Assembly: GCA_963842525.1 (NCBI GenBank)
Contig: CAWJGT010000021.1
Span: forward strand, 1-64,000
DNA: 64,000 nt
Direction of reading: 5' to 3'
DNA from: an uncultured Holophagales bacterium
GTDB lineage: Bacteria > Acidobacteriota > Thermoanaerobaculia > Multivoradales > UBA5704
The notes beneath the pieces are model-generated. The model had not been told where the DNA came from. It saw nothing but the letters and a program-made list of their open reading frames with translations, and searched no databases. Positions 60,471 through 64,000 of this stretch are shown piece after piece. The stretch's first letter is position 1; each line of letters opens with the position of its first letter. A program made the position numbers and the translations under genes.

Positions 60471-61142
60471 TCAACCTCGGTGATTGCGCGCATAGAGCAC
60501 CAGCTCCATACGGCTCATCGGCCCCACCTTTTCATAGATCCTGTTCAGATGAGTGCGGACCGTCGGCACCGAGACGCCAAGCTCGTGGGCGATCTCCTTG
60601 TTGCCCAGGCCCCTGCCCAGCAGCCGTAGGACATCCATCTCGCGTGGGGTAAATGCGTCGCCGGGAACCGGCCCCGGAGGCCCCGGAGGCCCCGGAGACG
60701 AGTGGCGCCCCGCGGTGTCTTCCTTCGCCAGGCCCAGGAAGGCCTGGGTCACCGCCGGGCTGAGATAGAAGCGCCCCTTGAGCACCTCGCGGACGGCGGT
60801 CTCGATCTCCATGGCAGCGGAGTCCTTGGTGAGGTAGCCATAGGCGCCGGCGTCGAAGGCTGCCTGCACCCATTCGGGGTCGGTGTGGACGCTGAGGATC
60901 AGGACCCGCGTCTCGGGAAGGAGGTCGCGCAGCCGGCGCGTGGCCTCGATGCCGTTGATCACCGGCATCGAGATGTCCGCGAGGACCAGATCGGGCCGCC
61001 AGACCTCCGCCAGCTCCAGGAGAGCGCGGCCATCCGTCGCCGTCCCCACCACTTCGAAATCCGGGTTGAGGATCTCCCTCAAGTCTTCCAACATCAGCGG
61101 ATGGTCGTCAGCAAGAAGAATTCTGGGGCTCCGTTCGCCCAC
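60471..61142 (-). CDS. NarL/LuxR family response regulator
   Basis: LLADDH, DISMP, GYLTK and the [24 protein letters not shown] after GGGAGG. Confidence 0.92.
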   Translation of the reverse strand: MGERSPRILLADDHPLMLEDLREILNPDFEVVGTATDGRALLELAEVWRPDLVLADISMPVINGIEATRRLRDLLPETRVLILSVHTDPEWVQAAFDAGAYGYLTKDSAAMEIETAVREVLKGRFYLSPAVTQAFLGLAKEDTAGRHSSPGPPGPPGPVPGDAFTPREMDVLRLLGRGLGNKEIAHELGVSVPTVRTHLNRIYEKVGPMSRMELVLYARNHRG

Positions 61143-61164
61143 AACCTCCCCTTTCCTCCGAGTG

Positions 61165-61371
61165 GCCCGGCGTGGCCATGAGCGCACCCGGCGCACCCGG
61201 CACCGCCTCGCAATACTGGGCCTGCTTGCCGATCACGGCGTACGGGCAGGCGGCCTGTTCGAGCAGGTAGAGGACCGCGGCGCGGTTGCGGGCGGTCTCG
61301 GCCGGGATCACCTCGTCCGGCGGATAAAAGCCCGGCGAGGAGCTCACCGGGTACATCTCGAAGGTGTAGGC
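61165..61371 (-). pseudogene. Inverted C-terminal fragment of an M14 carboxypeptidase domain
   Basis: AYTFEMYP...[25 protein letters not shown]...QYC, then the start of an FN3 domain [12 protein letters not shown]. Confidence 0.65.
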
Positions 61372-62181
61372 AACGGACAGGTCAGCCTCACCTGGACCGC
61401 GGCGAGCGGCGCGAACCTGTACCGCGTCCACCGCGCCACGGTGAGCGGCGGGCCCTACACGACGATCCAGAGCAACCTCACCGGCACGAGCTTCACCGAC
61501 ACCGGACTGACCAACGGGACAACCTATTACTACGTGGTGACCGCGACCAATGGAGTGGGGGAGGGGGCGAATTCCAACGAAGCGTCGGCCACGCCGGTTG
61601 TTCCGCCGACCGTCGTGACCTTCACCTCGGCCGCCTCCCACGACGGCTGGGTGCTCGAATCGTCCGAGGCCTCCAACGCCGGCGGCTCGATCGATGCGAC
61701 CGCCAGCACGACCAGCGCCCTGCGGGTGGGCGACGCGACCAGCGACCGCCAGTACAAGTCCGTCGTCTCGTTCAACACCTCGTCGATCCCCGACGGCGCC
61801 ACGATCCTTTCGGTGACCCTGCGCCTGCGCCGCGGCACATCCTCCGGCACCAGTCCGTTCACCACCCACGGCACCTGTTGGGCCGACGTGCAGACGGGGA
61901 GCTTCTCGGGCTCGACGACGCTCCAGACGGGCGACTTCCAGGCCACGGCGACCGTGGTCCAGGCGGCGAGCCTCGGCAACGCCGCCTCGAACGGGAGTTG
62001 GTCGGAAGGCAGCTTGAACGCATCAGGTCTCGCGGCGATCGACAAGACGGGCACGACGCAGATGAGGGTCTATTTCAATCTCGACGACAACGACGACGGA
62101 GGCAACGACTACATCGGCTACTACTCCGGCAACAACTCGACTTCGGCGAACCGGCCGCAGCTCGTGGTGACGTACCAATAG
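61369..62181 (+). pseudogene. Headless FN3 + C-terminal beta-sandwich (DNRLRE-like) gene remnant
   Basis: GNGQVSLTW...[11 protein letters not shown]3 and terminal RPQLVVTY. No plausible start or signal peptide. Confidence 0.7.
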
Positions 62182-62229
62182 GCCGGATCCCAGGAGGAGA
62201 AAATCATGCCAAACAGAGGAGAGTGTTCG

Positions 62230-63674
62230 ATGGAAACGAGATTTCTGTTCACCCTGGCCCTCGCGGCCCTGCTGTTCGCACCGGCCGTGCAGGCGCAGCA
62301 GACCTTCGTCACCACCACCGTCGACGAGGCCGACGGGTCCTGCGACGACGGCGACTGCTCGCTGCGCGATGCCGTCGCCCTGGCCCCCCCGGCACCACCG
62401 TCGTCGTGCCTCCCGGAACGTACGTCCTCACCCTGGGGCAGATCACGATCGACAAGAACCTGGCCATCGAGGGGAGTGACACCCGCACCACGATCATCGA
62501 CGGCAACGATGCCAGCCGGATCTTCGAGACCGCACCCGGCACCCAGGTCGTGTTCCGAGCCCTCACCCTGACCCGGGGCAATGCCGCCGGAGACGGCGGA
62601 GCGGTCCTGAGCCAGGGTGCTGCATTGGTCCAGTTCTGCACGGTCAAGGACAACACCGCGAGCGGCGAGGGCGGCGGTGTCGCGGCCGGCGGTGATTTGT
62701 CCGTCGACTTTTCGACCTTCAGCGGCAACAGAGCTTTCATCGGAGGTGCGATCGTCCGCGTTGCTCCAAGCGATCAGACGATCTCCAACAGTACCTTCAG
62801 CGGCAACGTCGCCCAAGCCTTCGGGGGTGCTTGGACCTGTGGCAACGGTGCCTTCCCAGGGACTCTCGACCTGTTGAACAGCACCTTCACAGGCAACGAG
62901 GCCGGCAGTGTCGATGCGTTGGACCTCGGTTGCGATGACACGGTCACCACTGTCGCCAACACCATCTTTGCCGAAAACGGCAGCGATGCTGTGCAAGACT
63001 GCGCCTTCGCTGGCGGTAGCAACATAGAGACGACGAGCCACGTCCTCGGCAGCGACGGCAGCTGCACGTTGGGCGGCCCCGGCGACCTGCCGAACACCGA
63101 TGCTCTCCTCGGCCCGCTGGCGAACAACGGCTTTTTCACCGACACCCACCTCCCCGGGGCCGGCAGCCCGGCAATCGACGCCGGGGATGCCGCCGTGTGC
63201 GACGCGGCCCCCGTCGGCGGCCAGGACCAGCGCTTCGTCTTCCGGCCCCAGGGCGCAGGCTGCGACATCGGTTCCGTCGAGGTCGAGGTCATTGCTGCCC
63301 CCGACGACGACGGCGTCGCCAACGACGTCGACAACTGTCCGACGGTTGCCAATCCCGGCCAGCAGAACTTCGACAACGACGCCTTCGGCGACGCCTGCGA
63401 CAACGACCTCGACAACGACGGGAAGACGAACAACCACGACGTTTGCGACTTCACGCCCGCGGGCCAGGTGGTCGGCAAGCTCACCGGCTGCTCGATCGCC
63501 GAGCTCTGTCCGTGCGACGGTCCGCTCAGCTCACACCACGGTTGGCACAACCATGCCCAGTACGTGAGCTGCGTGACCGTGATGGCGACCGCCTTCCGGC
63601 TGGAGCACCTGATCACGACCCAGCAGAAGGTGCAGGTCATCAACGCCGCCGCGCAATCGAGCTGCGGCCGGTAA
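62230..63674 (+). CDS. Secreted CSLREA-domain protein with beta-helix, choice-of-anchor Q and thrombospondin type 3 repeats; frameshift in the C-run near 62385
   Basis: Signal peptide, DCSLRDAV, LGPLANNG...SPAIDAG...DQR...CDIGSVE, and DNCPTVANPGQ. Confidence 0.85.
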
Positions 63675-63702
63675 GGGAGCCAACCATTTGAGAGCAACCC
63701 GG

Positions 63703-63735
63703 GCCGGGCCCTTGCGAGGGCCCGGCTCTTTTCTT
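63703..63735 (+). terminator. Rho-independent terminator
   Basis: GCCGGGCCCT-TGCG-AGGGCCCGGC followed by TCTTTTCTT. Confidence 0.7.
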
Positions 63736-63739
63736 CATC

Positions 63740-63848
63740 CCACGGCCCAACGGGCCGGGAGAGCATAGCCCAGGGATGAGGCCGAAGGCCGATTCCCTGG
63801 GTCAACAGGCCCCCGCAAATCCAGCGGCCTGAAAGGCCGCGAGAGCTT
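63740..63848. repeat. REP-like hairpin cluster flanking Y1 transposase
   Basis: Hairpins GGCCCAACGGGCC, CCCAGGGA...TCCCTGGG and GCGGCCTGAAAGGCCGC. Confidence 0.55.
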
Positions 63849-64000
63849 TCAATCCCAGACGTAGCGCTCGTCAAATTCGATTCCATAGGCCTCGAGGAAC
63901 GCACGGAGCTCCTCTTGAAACGACTTGACCCGGTGATGCTCGCGTTGGTTGCGGATGTAGGTCCGAACGTCTTCGACTTGCGATTGGCTCACCGAGAAGA
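63849..64000 (-). mobile_element. tnpA: IS200/IS605-family (Y1/RAYT-like) transposase, 3' end only
   Basis: Minus strand reads FSVSQSQVEDVRTYIRNQREHHRVKSFQEE...DERYVWD*, with the catalytic-Tyr motif YIxNQ. Confidence 0.85.

Noticed and set aside
22288-63674. Programmed frameshifting or mass pseudogenisation (about 11 frameshifts in 7 genes)
   Set aside because: Most are single-base indels in short runs, with conserved motifs on both sides and no shared slippery motif. Long-read error is more likely, but this needs a read-level check, especially for the kinase at 29996-33297.
126-63904. Many long overlapping or antisense ORFs in the six-frame track (e.g. 6095-8113, 11075-13327, 25137-27398, 34320-36626, 56740-58884)
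   Set aside because: They are shadow ORFs expected in high-GC DNA, are Arg/Pro/Gly-rich and overlap better-supported genes.

Overview
GC-rich bacterial window, probably Acidobacteriota (Thermoanaerobaculia-like). That call is inferred from the PadR + ADOP permease pair, the CSLREA protein and the expanded kinase and CHAT families. The left end carries housekeeping-type genes: a Zn peptidase, a Ddl-like ATP-grasp enzyme, an M48 protease, pabABC-like genes, a trypsin-like protease and a sulfatase. Most of the rest is a dense signalling region with four modules. (i) Ser/Thr kinase, secreted propeller protein and two exported TPR-CHAT paralogs that lack the catalytic His. (ii) FHA-like sigma54 activator plus a TPR receptor kinase, facing a small secreted Pro-rich peptide gene with a clear sigma54 promoter and tandem palindromic enhancer sites; the peptide, promoter and enhancers are duplicated 6.3 kb away. 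(iii) ECF sigma, zinc anti-sigma, exported PDZ-TPR-CHAT protease and a secreted BNR protein. (iv) Phosphorylation-type ECF, TPR kinase and an 8-Cys secreted peptide. Interspersed are an AddAB-like cassette, a MITE containing a 64-bp tandem array, several REP families (one in-frame inside a gene), 21-nt periodic tracts, mosaics of short gene fragments and the end of an IS200-family transposase. About 11 small frameshifts are probably sequencing errors. No CRISPR array, rRNA or tRNA was found. All family calls come from motif recognition by eye; no database searches were run.
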